NCBI GenBank assembly: GCA_907165135.1
Contig: OU015568.1
Span: forward strand, 14,322,001 to 14,386,000
Reading direction: 5' to 3'
Origin: Oikopleura dioica
Taxonomy: Eukaryota > Animalia > Chordata
DNA: 64,000 nt
Position 1 is the stretch's first letter; each line of letters opens with the position of its first letter. Of the stretch, positions 1 to 11,475 are shown piece by piece. The notes beneath the pieces are model-generated. The model did not search any database, was not told the origin of the DNA, and saw only the letters and a program-made list of their open reading frames with translations. Both the position numbers and the translations under genes were made by a program.

Positions 1-157
1 AAACCTGACTCAGATTTTCTGAATAGATTGCCAAGCTCGGCACGTTGCACTAAGATGAAAAAATGGCCATCGCAGAAAGTCTTGGACGAAAAATGGGCCC
101 CTAGTAACTAAGTTTACTATTATAAATAAACGTTTCTTATATTTGGAATCAATTCAG

Positions 158-2141
158 AGTTCTTCTTCAATGCCTTCCGTACAAGAGCATCAATTCGATG
201 TTGGGTTCCGTCAGTCTCTGCCAAGACAAAAAAGGCAGCGAGGAACATATGATCGAGGAGCAATCGTGCTGCTGCTCCTTCTGTCCCGAAAACTCAGAAT
301 TTGCTTGTTCAATTTGCCCCGCTGGAGGCTTCAACACTACGATCGCATTGCCCAATTCTGCTGACAGATCCTCAACGATCTCCTTTCTCAAAATCTCAAT
401 TATTTGCTTGGTGTTAGCTCTCTTAGCTAGTGTATGTTCTTATAAAAAGAAAAAATTATGTTTCAAAAGGTAATTATTAATGGAAAATTTCAAAAGAAGC
501 TACTTTTGATTTTCAGGTCCGATGGGCCCGATAATGATGAAATGGAGCTAGCCGAAACTGGCAATCTCATTCTACAAGGTGGCAACACCGAGTCTACTAT
601 GGTCAACCCAAATCCTGACGGGTCGAGTTCTGGTCAAGGTGAAGCAGAACTCGTCGTGTCAACCATCTCCCGCGAAATTCGTCTTGGCTCTCTCGTAGGA
701 AAAGGTAAGAGCGAGAAAATTTAAAAGGAAAACTGATCAATTGCTTCGAAAAGCGAAGTCCTTTTGGCCCCCTTTTGTAGAATTTGTCAAGTTTCCTGAA
801 TACTTTGAAAGGAAAATGCTCCGAAATAAATTTGTAGGTCGGTACGGGATCGTGTACAAAGGAACTTGGTCTGGAAAAGATGTTGCTGCGAAGATCTTCG
901 ACTCGCGCGATGCGGAGAGTTGGAAGCGCGAGACGGAGATTTATTCAACGACGCTTATCAATCATGCTAACATCCTGCACTACATTGCTCAGGACAACAA
1001 GGACGCTGGAATCGCGCTCGAACTCTGGTTAATCACGGACTATCACGAGCGCGGCTCCCTTTTCGACTATTTAAAGGTAGAATTGCTTTAGCGCTAGAAT
1101 CAAGCCGCAACGTTGAATTCTAGGGAAATACCGTTTCCATCGCTGACGCTTTGCTGCTTGCACACACCGCCTGCGCCGGAATCGAGCACCTTCACAAGGA
1201 AATCAACGGTACGCAGGGAAAGCCCCAGATCGCGCACCGCGACATCAAATCCAAAAACATCCTGGTCAAGAGCGACGGGGAATGCGCCGTCGCTGATTTT
1301 GGCCTCGCCGTCGTCTTCGACTCGCAGAAGCAACTCATCGATCTCCCGAGTAAGTGGCCTTAATTGCCGTCAAATTGACTCTTCCCTGGTCCTTTTCTCT
1401 GAACGGGGCTCGGCAACCTGTCTCAAGAATTAAAAAGTTTAGGAAAGTTTAAGGACTAAGAGGGTTAAAAAAGGAATGGACTCCGACCATAGGTATCGGC
1501 TTCGCAAAATACCATTTCAATCTATACGGCTTCCTTGAAAAAATAAACTAATTTAATAAAACTCCTCTCAGATCCTGACTCAGGTTTTCTACTCAGGGTG
1601 CCGAGCCCAGCCACTACACCAGCCCTCCCCCATCCTCATAATAATATTTTAGAGGGCACATCAGAGAAGTTCCTGGTGGGCACAAAGCGCTACATGCCGC
1701 CAGAGTTGCTCTCTAACAATTTCCGGGACGAGGACTTCATGAGTTTCCGCCGCGCCGATATATATTCGCTTTCGCTCGTGCTTTGGGAGATCGCCTCGCG
1801 CACGCAGCTCTACGAGGGGCACATCCCGGCTGCTTACAAGCTGCCTTACGAAGACGACGTTTCAGCCGAACCCACGCTGCAAGCTATGGAGCTCATCGTC
1901 TGCCAGCAAAAGATGAGACCTGCCTTCCCCTCTACCGATGGTACCGCATTACAACTTTATTCTTGATTGCTAAATCTTCGCTTCAGAGATTGCTGCTTCT
2001 CCGGGACTGAAATCGTGGGAGCGGCTTTGCAAAGTGATCGCCGAGTGCTGGACGGAAGAGCCGACTTGGCGACTCAGTGCGTTGAAAATGAAGAAGGGCT
2101 TGAGCCACGAATACAATGAAGTGCGACCCCAGCCGCAGTAG
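158..2141 (+). CDS. TGF-beta/activin type I receptor Ser/Thr kinase (ALK4/5/7-like L45 loop); multi-exon, 5' end probably upstream of the window
   Basis: Exons encode a Cys-rich ectodomain end and TM (ISIICLVLALLASVC), a GS-box-like segment (GSSSGQG..TISREI), GKGRYG, VAAK, HRDIKSKN, DFG, GTKRYMPPE and ECW..RLSA. GT-AG introns such as 1350-1652; stop TAG at 2139-2141. Confidence 0.93.
1404..1610. mobile_element. Small hAT-like MITE in a receptor intron
   Basis: Ends CGGGGCTCGGCAACCTG and CAGGGTGCCGAGCCCAG are inverted repeats. Related to the copies at 1-40 and 2778-2911. No clear TSD. Confidence 0.55.
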
Positions 2142-2777
2142 CGGCGTCTACTTTTCAAAATAAGCATTCTTTTTCAGTTCCATTCATTTGTTTTTGCCCT
2201 CCTTTCGATGCCAAGTTCAGCTCTCGCCTCTCTTCCGTCATTTTCCCGCGGCGACTCCCTCCCTTTCCGCGCCGCTGCGATTTTTTTCTTTTCATATTTT
2301 TAAATCACCAGCGGGCCACAGATTCAACGTGGAAAGGCCCATTCGCAATGAGGGAGCGACGGGAAAAACGACACAAACCTTGATTCTTTCGGCTGGTTCA
2401 AACTTTGACGAGATTTTTTTGCGCGAGTGATCATTTTCATGACAGTTTTCTTCGACTAATGAAACTGGCAGACTGTCTTGCATCAAGCATATAAATCTTC
2501 CAATTTTTGAACAAAGCCTGATTTACGAGACTCGGCGATACCCCGTCGCCGATCACATTTCTTATCGTTGACCTATTCCTCAATCCATTCTAACGTTTTC
2601 CTCAAGCTGGAGCGTTACTCTGCTCCCGTCTTTTTATCTTATTTTCTCCGTTATTGCGTCTTTCCTTTTTTTCGCATTTCTCCGCTTTTAACCACCATTC
2701 TTCGAGAGTGTGAAACTATGATTTTTCATCATAGAAACAAGTTCATATTATTTTATAATTTCGGCCTCAATTTGCTC

Positions 2778-2911
2778 CTGGGGTCGGCAACCTGTGTATA
2801 CACCTGAGTCAGGGCAAAAAGGCTACGTTTTTGAAAAGGCACATACGTGGCTTTTTATGTGGGATCTTTCTGACCCTGACTCGGGTTTTCCACACAGATT
2901 GGCAAGCCCAG
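2778..2911. mobile_element. Small hAT-like MITE
   Basis: Imperfect TIR CTGGGGTCGGCAACCTGTGT / CACACAGATTGGCAAGCCCAG. Flanks ATTTGCTC and ATTAGCCC are a 6/8 match to an 8-bp TSD. Confidence 0.6.
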
Positions 2912-3352
2912 ATTAGCCCCTCACAACTTTGTTTTGAGTTTTATTCGGCTAGTTCAATCTCTTCATACAGTTATTTATTTTGTATGCCGATATTTGGCCG
3001 TCCTTGTGTTCATCTTTGCAACTGGTTAAAAAATAAAACCTTTTTATTCGAAAATATGAACAATAAGTTATCTTCAAAAGAAAGCTTTTTCTAAGATGGG
3101 AACTTTTCTCTACGGCTTTTTTAGCTCATGTAATTGGGTGTTGCCAAAGTTTCTAATCTGGATCAGACAACCTCTGTATAAAACCTTAGAGTTTTTTAAG
3201 TTCTTGCAGGTCGTATTAAGAAGGAAAAGGGCGTGAAAATAACATAAGGGCATCCAATCAAACAAACTCTTTCAAGTTGCAATTTTTGAAGCTCCAAAAT
3301 GATTTGTTTTCATGTTTATCTTTGTGATTCTTCAATTGTTCACCCCAAAATT

Positions 3353-3376
3353 TGCCTTGACTGTGGATCGAACACA

Positions 3377-3420
<44 letters not shown>

Positions 3421-3425
3421 AAGGC
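3353..3425 (-). tRNA. tRNA-Phe: tRNA-Phe (GAA)
   Basis: Reverse complement GCCTTGATAGCTCAGTTGGGAGAGCGTCAGACTGAAGATCTGAAGGTCCTGTGTTCGATCCACAGTCAAGGCA: 73 nt, perfect 7-bp acceptor stem, anticodon arm TCAGA-CTGAAGA-TCTGA, TTCGA T-loop. Confidence 0.97.
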
Positions 3426-3959
3426 ATGTTTTCTTCTCTCATTTGATCATAAAAATACTCTACTTCCTGAAATTGCATTTGTGAAAAAAGTAAACGAAGA
3501 ACTTTCCTCTCAAGCAATCAACAAGGATTGAAAAGCTTGAGCGTTTTGGGTAGAGAATAGACTGTATTGAACAGCAGAACATGAAGTAGTTGATAAATAA
3601 ATAGAGAGAGAATATATGTTTCGCATATGATATACGAAGAAAAAGTAGTAAAGATAAATTAAGGGCAGTGATAAATGAGAAAAGAAACACGAAGAAATCA
3701 GTGGCGCGGCTTATTGAAACACTGATGAGATGATTTTTAGAGAAATATTGAAACTTGAAAGATTTTGAATAGGTTGCATAGGACAGCACAGGACTGACAG
3801 TACAGCAGACGAAGAAAAAATCTACTTGTGAATCTGTCAGAGGAAGAAAGAACAATTATCAAAATCAATTGAAACGAAAAAGGACAAATTGAACGTAAGA
3901 ACCGTTTGAAATAAAGAAATTTTGAACATAAAAGTTGAATTGCCTAAAAGTAGCTTACG

Positions 3960-6907
3960 GTAAGCTGAAGATGTGGAGAATTTAATAGGACGGAGGACGG
4001 GCGTTTCAGAGAACTTGTTAGCCGGAAAAACCAGTGTGAAGGGCTGGTGATCTGAACGAGTGGTTATTCGAGGCATGTTTTAAAAGAAATATTACCCGGA
4101 GTTGAATGCGTGGTCATACTTGATAGATGCAGTAGAATTTGGTTGAAACTATGAATGCGTGAATAAATTTTGAATTACTAGAAAATATACCGAAAGAGGG
4201 TTCTTTTCTGGGCTGACGAGATCCAAGCTTTTCATGAGTTTGTCGCCAAGATAGTTGCTCGACTTTGGCGAATCCTTTATTACAAAATTATATTCTATTG
4301 TGTTGGGCCTTATGAAGTTACCTGTACTGATTCGGTTGCGAATGACACACACGAGGCAGTTTCAACTTGATGAAAATCGTAATAAGAGGGAGCCGAGTTG
4401 CTTTGAAAAAGATTGGAATAGGGGCGATTGAGTTGCATCGATGCCTTCTTGGCGTAAATTTGTTGTTCGGCGCGGCGGAATGCTTGCTGCATTCTGCAAC
4501 GCTCTCTCATTCTTATCGCCTTCTCTTCCTCCATTTTACGGCTTCTTTCTTGAGCCAGTCGCTAAATGTTGGTCAGAGAGATTGAGTTGAGTTTTACTTA
4601 CATGATTAGTGACAGGATCAGTGGTGCCAACGTTGAAGAGATCCTGACAAAGGCTTCTGTCTTTTACTGGATATTGGGATTGTCGAGCGTATGAAACGGC
4701 ATTGTGATAAGAAATGGGCATGTTCTGCACGGCAGAATTTCGTGAATAGTTATGCGCGGGCTTGAATTGTGGGGCAGAAGCAGTGGTACCTCCAGCAGCA
4801 TGAATGAAGTGGGCATTGACGGCTTGAAATTGGGCGGTTTGGTAGTTTGATCGGTGTTCGGCTGAAAATGTAGGCTGGCAGCTTTGAGTGTTCATTGCAG
4901 GTGTAATCATATTTGGATTTGGACAGACAGTTTGGTAGGCATAGTATGTTTGAGTTCGACTAAGAAAAAGGGTGGTATGATGAAAAATAAGAGAGAACTC
5001 GTACCTCGAAAAACCATCTTTTTGAGACGAAAATCGGCTATTAGAGTTGGTTATATTTGCATGATAAAAGCCATTTTGGATGACTACTGGAGTGCTACAG
5101 CTAATTGGAGCTGATGCCATCGTTGTTTTTTCACTTCTGGGAGCTAAGATTTCTCTAGGTAGGCTTCTTCTGGGCGGAGTCTTTAAAAGACTGAAGGAGG
5201 CATCATTTTTGGTAAAATCGTTGAACTGATAGAAGAGGTTATTTGGCGGTCTCTCAATACTGCTCGACTACCGTTAAGATTGTATCATAAAAACAATTTT
5301 GAATATTAAAAACATGGAGATATCTATCTCGGATTCCACAAAAAACAAGTGGGGAATGAAGTCTGGTCTAACTTACTTTATCGTAGACAGTTTCAAATGA
5401 CTTCTGAATAACAATAGCGGAATAGTGAGGAACACAAAAGGAGACTTGGTTAAAATCATCAGATTCTTGAATAAAACGATGGGCACGGGCAGCTTTCTCG
5501 GGCGTATCTACGAGAAAATGAGAACTGTGATTGATCAGTAGCGCTTACTGTATTCGGTAATCAAATACTTGTTCTTTGGATCTTCAATGTTAACTCTGGC
5601 AATGTAGATTGGTCTTTCATGATTCCTTATTGTTCCTATGAGATCCTAAAACAATTTTCAAGCCATCAAAATTTTTTTAAGGCTTACCCATAACTTGAAG
5701 TTATCAACAGTCGGCAGTGAAATAAACAAAACTTTACTATAGACGTTTTCATAACTCTTGAACACATCATGAACACGATCGACCCAGTGCACTTGTATCC
5801 TATGGATCGCTCCTTCAACCGGAGAGTTATGAAGCTCGTTTCTTATCTATAAAAGAGTATTACACTATTTACTTCACAGTTTGTTTGTATACCCGAATCG
5901 CAGATGATTTGCAAGTGAATTCAAGAAAGGCGTAACCCATTGACTGACCATCAAGATATTTAGACTTGACCATGAAACACTTTTCTGTTCCACCAAATGG
6001 ATAAACAAGTTTGTTCAGCTCCTCTTCCGTCCAGTGAAGGGGTAAATGGGACACACTTATTCTACGTTACAAAATAATAATTCAAGATAACCAACCAAAT
6101 CATAAAATTAGACTCAGTATTCCTCCAAACAAGATCCCAATTCCAATCTTTTCCAAGCTCACTTGCTAAAAGCTTGCATTTTCTTGCCTCTTCCTCGTTT
6201 TTGAATAAGACCTAGTTAAAATGGGTTAATTAGTCCGTCTCTTTAGTAAAGAGTCTTTACCTTACACGAGGCGCCATTTTTATCCATATGAACAGTATCG
6301 AATTCCAAGTCGTTTTTTGCCAACAAGCACATAATATCATCCCGATTAGTCTTTTCTGGAAATCCTCTAAGAGCGACCCGGCGATTTGTTCTCGTAAAAG
6401 CCTAAAACGGAGATTTTAGGGATCAGGAAATGCTCAAAAGCTGACCTTGTTAAATTCCTCTTCGGTCAACATTTCATCCAAATAATTCGATGCATCGATG
6501 ATCAATGGATCGAGCTCGTACTCGGAATCAGGCGAGCTGATCATGGAGTCGGTTGACTCCGAGTGTCTGTAGCACATTCTCTTCGCATCTGAAGCATCTT
6601 CCAGCGAGTCCTGCTTGCTTACTTCCGGCACAATCTTGGCCTCTTCGACTGAATTGCTTGACTCTTTCTTTTTGCTGACTATATTGCGATCTGTTGGGCG
6701 CAAATGATTCAGAATGATTTTCTTGAGTCCTGCTATGTCACAATGGTTGCGTTTTCGGACATTTTCAGTCGACTCGCCCTCCGAAGAATCACGGGAGGAG
6801 TCCGAAGATGTCAAGAAAACTTTGTCCTCCTTGATTTCAGAAAGATCGGTGCTTGCTTCACTTCCGGAAAGAGAAATGTCCGAAAAGTCCGAGTTCGCTT
6901 CGGGCAT
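3960..6907 (-). CDS. Multi-exon RRM-containing RNA-binding protein with an acidic Ser-rich N-terminus and a low-complexity C-terminus (3' end approximate)
   Basis: Exon 6054-5869 encodes SHLP..WTEEELNKL..GQSMGYAFLEF (RNP2/RNP1). A second RRM-like exon lies at about 6400-6130 (RVALRGFPEK..VLFKNEEEA). ORFs 6907-6434, 5120-4536 and 4534-4310 join through GT-AG introns. Confidence 0.65.
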
Positions 6908-7119
6908 TTATTTTCGATCTCTGAAGATCAAAATTAATAATTAAAAGAAAAAAGAGCATTCAACTTCCAGTAGGAGGTTTATTTCTGAACAGTTGAAGTG
7001 GGAGTGAAAATGCAGAGGTGAGACAGGTCAATACAGATAAAAAATGTCAAAAAATGGGAGATTATAGTACAGTTTATTTGGAACGGGTGAAGTGTGTCTT
7101 TTTGTGAAGCGGTTTTTCT

Positions 7120-10100
7120 TTACTTGCGACGGAACCTGAAGTTATTCGTTAATTATCTTGGCTTTTCTTTTCATTCAATTTCGATCAATAATTGATGAAG
7201 GACTCACTTATTATTGGAGTTAGTAATATGGGCAGATGAGGCGCCTTTCTCGTGAACGACTGCGAGATCGCAACGCGCTGCGATATCCGTAAAGGCGGAT
7301 GATGCCGATTCTAGAGATTCGGGCTCCTCATTCGATCGCCTCTTTACTCCTCGCTTGCTAAACACCAACAATTACCGATCAATTCACACCGTTTTAACTT
7401 ACTCGCTGGATGTGCCAGATGTCAGCTTTTCTTTGCCAGTGAATCTGACTTGAGTTCCGCCGGTGCGGGTGCCGTAGACTTCGCCTTTCACAAGCGTCGT
7501 TTTGACTTGATTGCCGGTACCGAGCTCCTGATGCGTCAGGAGATACTGGTCGACGGTCTTTAGGTCACCCACGGAAGGAATGTGAACATTTTTCTTCGCG
7601 ATGACTTTTGGCTAAACATTGGAATTAGAAATTTGGGCTAACAACCTGATTCTACCTGAAGAACAGTGCCAGGGTCAATAGTTTCCTTGGGCGTGTGAGC
7701 AAGCCATTTGTCGGCCGACTTGGATCGTCTCTTGTGCGCGAGATGATCGGTTGTCTGAAAGTAGGAGTTAATTAAAGATGACGAAATTAGTACACTTACC
7801 GGTCCACGACCGCGTTCTTGAGATCGTCCAGGGCGTGGGGGTCGATTTTCCTTGATGTTCGAAGCAGAAGGAGTCTTCACAGACATACCAGGTGTTATGC
7901 CTGCTTCTTCCTTCATTCTAGTCTCGGAGACAGATCGTTTGCGAAGGTTACGCTGAAAGAAATGATTAGTAAATGTCTATGGACTTTTGACGGGGTATTT
8001 AGTGAGTTAGTTTTTGATCGTTTGCGTGTTTAGTAAGCTTTGCGTGAATTTAGTCGCAAAAAAGCTCAACCTGTGGGTCAAATTTGGGCTTAGGCGCGAT
8101 CGCTGGTTTCTTGAAATCCTTGAAATGATGGAAATTCTCCAATACAATGAATACTTACAGTGCGTGCAGAAGATACAGGAGTTCGCTCAACGCGCTCAAC
8201 TTCGCGGTTGACACGGGAGACGGGCGTTCGGGGAGAGTTCTTCGAGAGGATATTCTAAAAGAAGAAGTTAGAATTGATTTCGATCGCTTTTCTTACTCTA
8301 AGCTGATCCATCTTGGCTTCGTTCAGGTTGAGCCTGTTCTTGGAGTTCTCTTCAGCTTCACGAAGCTTTCTAGAGGTCTCCATGTTCAACTTTCGTCGCT
8401 CATCCTCCATCTTTCGCTTTGCAGCGGCTTCGATCTGCCGCTTCGATTTGCTCTCATTCTCGAGCTTGTTGTTCATCGCCTAAAAGAATAAATAAGCTTC
8501 TAAGTCTAGCATATTCGATTTTTACCTGTAGCTCTGCTTCAGCTTCCTTCTTATCGAGCTCGTAAACCCGTTGGGCTTCCATAAGCGCTCTGTTCTTTTT
8601 CTCCAATCGTCTGTTGTCCTTCAAGAGCCGATCATTCTCGCCCTCGATTTTCTCAACCTGAGGCTCGAGAATGCGCAGTTTGCCAAGAGCATCGACATTC
8701 TCCCTCTCAAAGTGGTTGAGTTTCTTGCGGAAAGTTGTCGTCAGCCGATCGGTCTCTTCCCCGATGATTTCGCGACGCTCTACTCGCTGCCGGATGATGT
8801 CGATCAGCTGAGGTATCATCTCGGCGTCGTCACAACTGAAGAGTTCAACGCATGGCAGAGGTGGTCCGTGAGCGAGAGCCTGAATCAATTTTAAAAGATT
8901 AACTTAATCTAAAGGAAAATTTGGAATTCTTATAAGTGAATAAGGGAATAACTGTTCTACCTAATCTTTTAACTTTCATCCCTAAAAATTAAAGACCTTA
9001 TTTTCATAAAAATCATTCAAAATTACCGTGGCCGCTTCTTTGAGCCTATTTCTATCGGCCTCCTTTCTTTCCCCACTCATCCCATTTCCTTTCTCTTTCT
9101 TGTTCCCTCCCCTTTTGGCCGTATTCACCCAAGAAAACAGACTTTCCGGCTTTTCCATTTCCAAGATTTCGTGCTTCTCTTATTTTCTCTTTCGCAAAAA
9201 TGAAGAAAAAGTGAAAAAAGAGCGAGAGCAGGGCAACCGGTTTGGCTCGAAAACAGTGTCTAGAAGAGCGCAAGGGCGGATTTCACAAGAAATGGCAGAA
9301 AATGATGCCGATAGAAATTTTTGTTCAGAATAAAGATAACTTATTTATAAATAAAAAAAGGGATTAAAAAAAATTTTAATATTTCAATAATTATGAAAAA
9401 AATTCTTAGGAATATCGATTAAAATTTCTTGCAAATTTAAAACACTATAATTTCTTCTATGATTTACCTCTTCATTGACCATCCAAGGCTGAAAGATCGT
9501 CCTCCTCTTATTCTTCTTCGCTCTGGCCATCGCGGCCTGTTCCTCCCGAGCTGTGAAGTCTTCCTCGATGTCTTCCTTGATTTCACGCTTGCAGACGATC
9601 GCTTGCGCCGCTTCGGCGAAATTGAGAACGTCGAGGTTTTCATTGAATTCCGAGGCCGCCGGGTTCAGGCAAATGACGAGTTTCACGCCGCCGAGAATTT
9701 CGAAAAAGTTTCGGAACATGTGGGTGATCTTTGACGAGCGATAGGGGACGTTTCCTCTTGCTCCAGTGCGCTAGAAACAAGCTTAAGGATCGTTCTTGAA
9801 AGAATTTTGTTTTACCTGATTTTGTCGGAGAATATCAATGCATCTTCTGAGCGTCATCAGCGAGTTATTGATATTTCCCGCTTCTCTGAGTCGATCGCCA
9901 GCCGCATTCGTCCTCGACTGCCTTTCCGAGCCTGCCAAATCAACCAAATGCAGACTCGACGCAAAACTGGTGACATCTTCGACCTGGTCTTCAAAAACGT
10001 CGCCAGTGTTCCTGTCGTACGGTATCCTCACGACGTGCAAGCTCATGATCGCGTGCGAGCGTGAGGAGGTTCTGTTCAGAGAAGTTTCTGCCATTCTTCG

Positions 10101-11297
10101 CTGCTTCAGGCCGCGCTCGTATTCTCGCAGCGCATCTTCTAGCGAGCGAACTTCTTTGACAGTTATATTGTGCCCGTATACTCCGCGCTCAGGGTCATCC
10201 CTTTTTCGAGTTCAAATTTGTTTCGATTTAGAAACTAGAATTTTATCATAGAAATTAGTGACTCGTCCCTGATTCTCAATTTCTCTTGTTTCCTGGTCTT
10301 GCTCTGTGGTGCCAGTAAATCATACAGCGACTCGTTGTAGATATCGCAGTATGTCATGAAAACCGCATATTGAAAGCCCTCAGAAAGGCTCTCCATGTAG
10401 TGCTCATCAATGTTGTAGTTTGGCACGGTGTTGGTTGAGCCTCTCGACGCAATTCGACTGTGGACCAGTTCGTTTCGCTTCTCCAGTCTGTGGGTCATCA
10501 TGTCAGTCTCACTCAGAAGCTTGAAGCCGTTGCGATCGTCTGATGTCACGCGGAACTCTTTCGTCTGGTGACCATCAATCGACGAGAAGATCATCTCCAT
10601 GGCGCGGGGGAGGAAGCCGGGCTGATTGGGACTACCAGTCATGGTGTAAGTCTTGCCAGAGGAAGTCACACCATAGTTGAACAGCAGTCCCGATTTGCCC
10701 TTCAAGAGCCGTTTGACCATCGGCCTACAGATCTCATCGTAGACCGCGCTCTGGGCAGCGCCTTGGTTGAACACCTTCGTGAAAGTAGCTCGCGAGCCCT
10801 TGTCGCTAACCACATCTGGCGGTGGCTTGCAATCGACCGTTCGCTCGTCCACGAAATCGACGCATGTGTCCTAAATAGAACACTCAGAATGATATTGGTA
10901 TAAGAGGCCTTTTGTTTATCATTTTGTTGGGAAAACAATATCCAAAAGAGCGGGCTGCTCTCAGAACGAAACAAGTCAGCCATTGAAAACGATGTCATAA
11001 AGTTGTTGAGGAAGTGTATTATTACAACTAGAATCGTTAAATGTTATGAATCAAATATCCGTTTTAGAAACAGTAACTACTGTATATTTGGGCCAGAATT
11101 CACTGTGCTAGAATGTCTTTGATTAAGTTTGCTTAGGTCAAAATTTACTTGAGCGAATAATTGGTAAAGACAAATATTTGAAGAAAATAAAGAAAATTTA
11201 CCTCAGTTGGAGAAACCGTCTTTATCCTCGCAAAGACTTCTACTGGTTCCATCTCCACATCTGATGAAGATGGAGTCTTCACCCGCTTTGGTCGCAT
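7120..11297 (-). CDS. KIF23: Kinesin-6 family motor KIF23/MKLP1 (centralspindlin)
   Basis: MRPKRVKTP N-terminus; P-loop YGVTSSGKT; SSRSH; DLAGSER; PPLPCVEL..PQLID neck/coil; C-terminal RRSKSADKWLAH..LTHQE Arf6-binding tail and FTDIAARCDLAV. Confidence 0.93.
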
Positions 11298-11366
11298 TCT
11301 TCTACTTTCTTAATTCTTTCTTCAATTACAGGTTTTCTTTTAGATCTCTTTAATAAAAAATCTATT

Positions 11367-11475
11367 TTTTGAATTTGCCGCGAGCTCAGCTCACTTTGCG
11401 TTTTGTGGACGCGCACAATCGTGTCCTCCAATCAGTGGCGCGCAACGGCTTCCCGCGCGATTTGAATTCCCGCCG
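11367..11475 (-). promoter_or_regulatory. Cell-cycle promoter of KIF23: CHR (TTTGAA), E2F-like TTCCCGCC and a CCAAT box
   Basis: TTTGAATTCCCGCC at 11461-11474, TTTGAATTTGCCGCG at about 11368-11382 and CCAATCAG at 11428-11435, all within 200 bp of the ATG. Confidence 0.6.

Noticed and set aside
9075-9087. ACTCATCCCATTT matches the first 13 nt of the Oikopleura spliced leader as I recall it
   Set aside because: The rest of the leader, the donor and an Sm site do not follow, and it lies in a pyrimidine-rich stretch of a KIF23 intron; probably chance.
8982-9333. Overlapping short ORFs inside the ~580-nt KIF23 intron
   Set aside because: The flanking exons join in frame (NEE|ALAHGPPLP) without them; purine/pyrimidine low complexity explains the ORFs; no domain.
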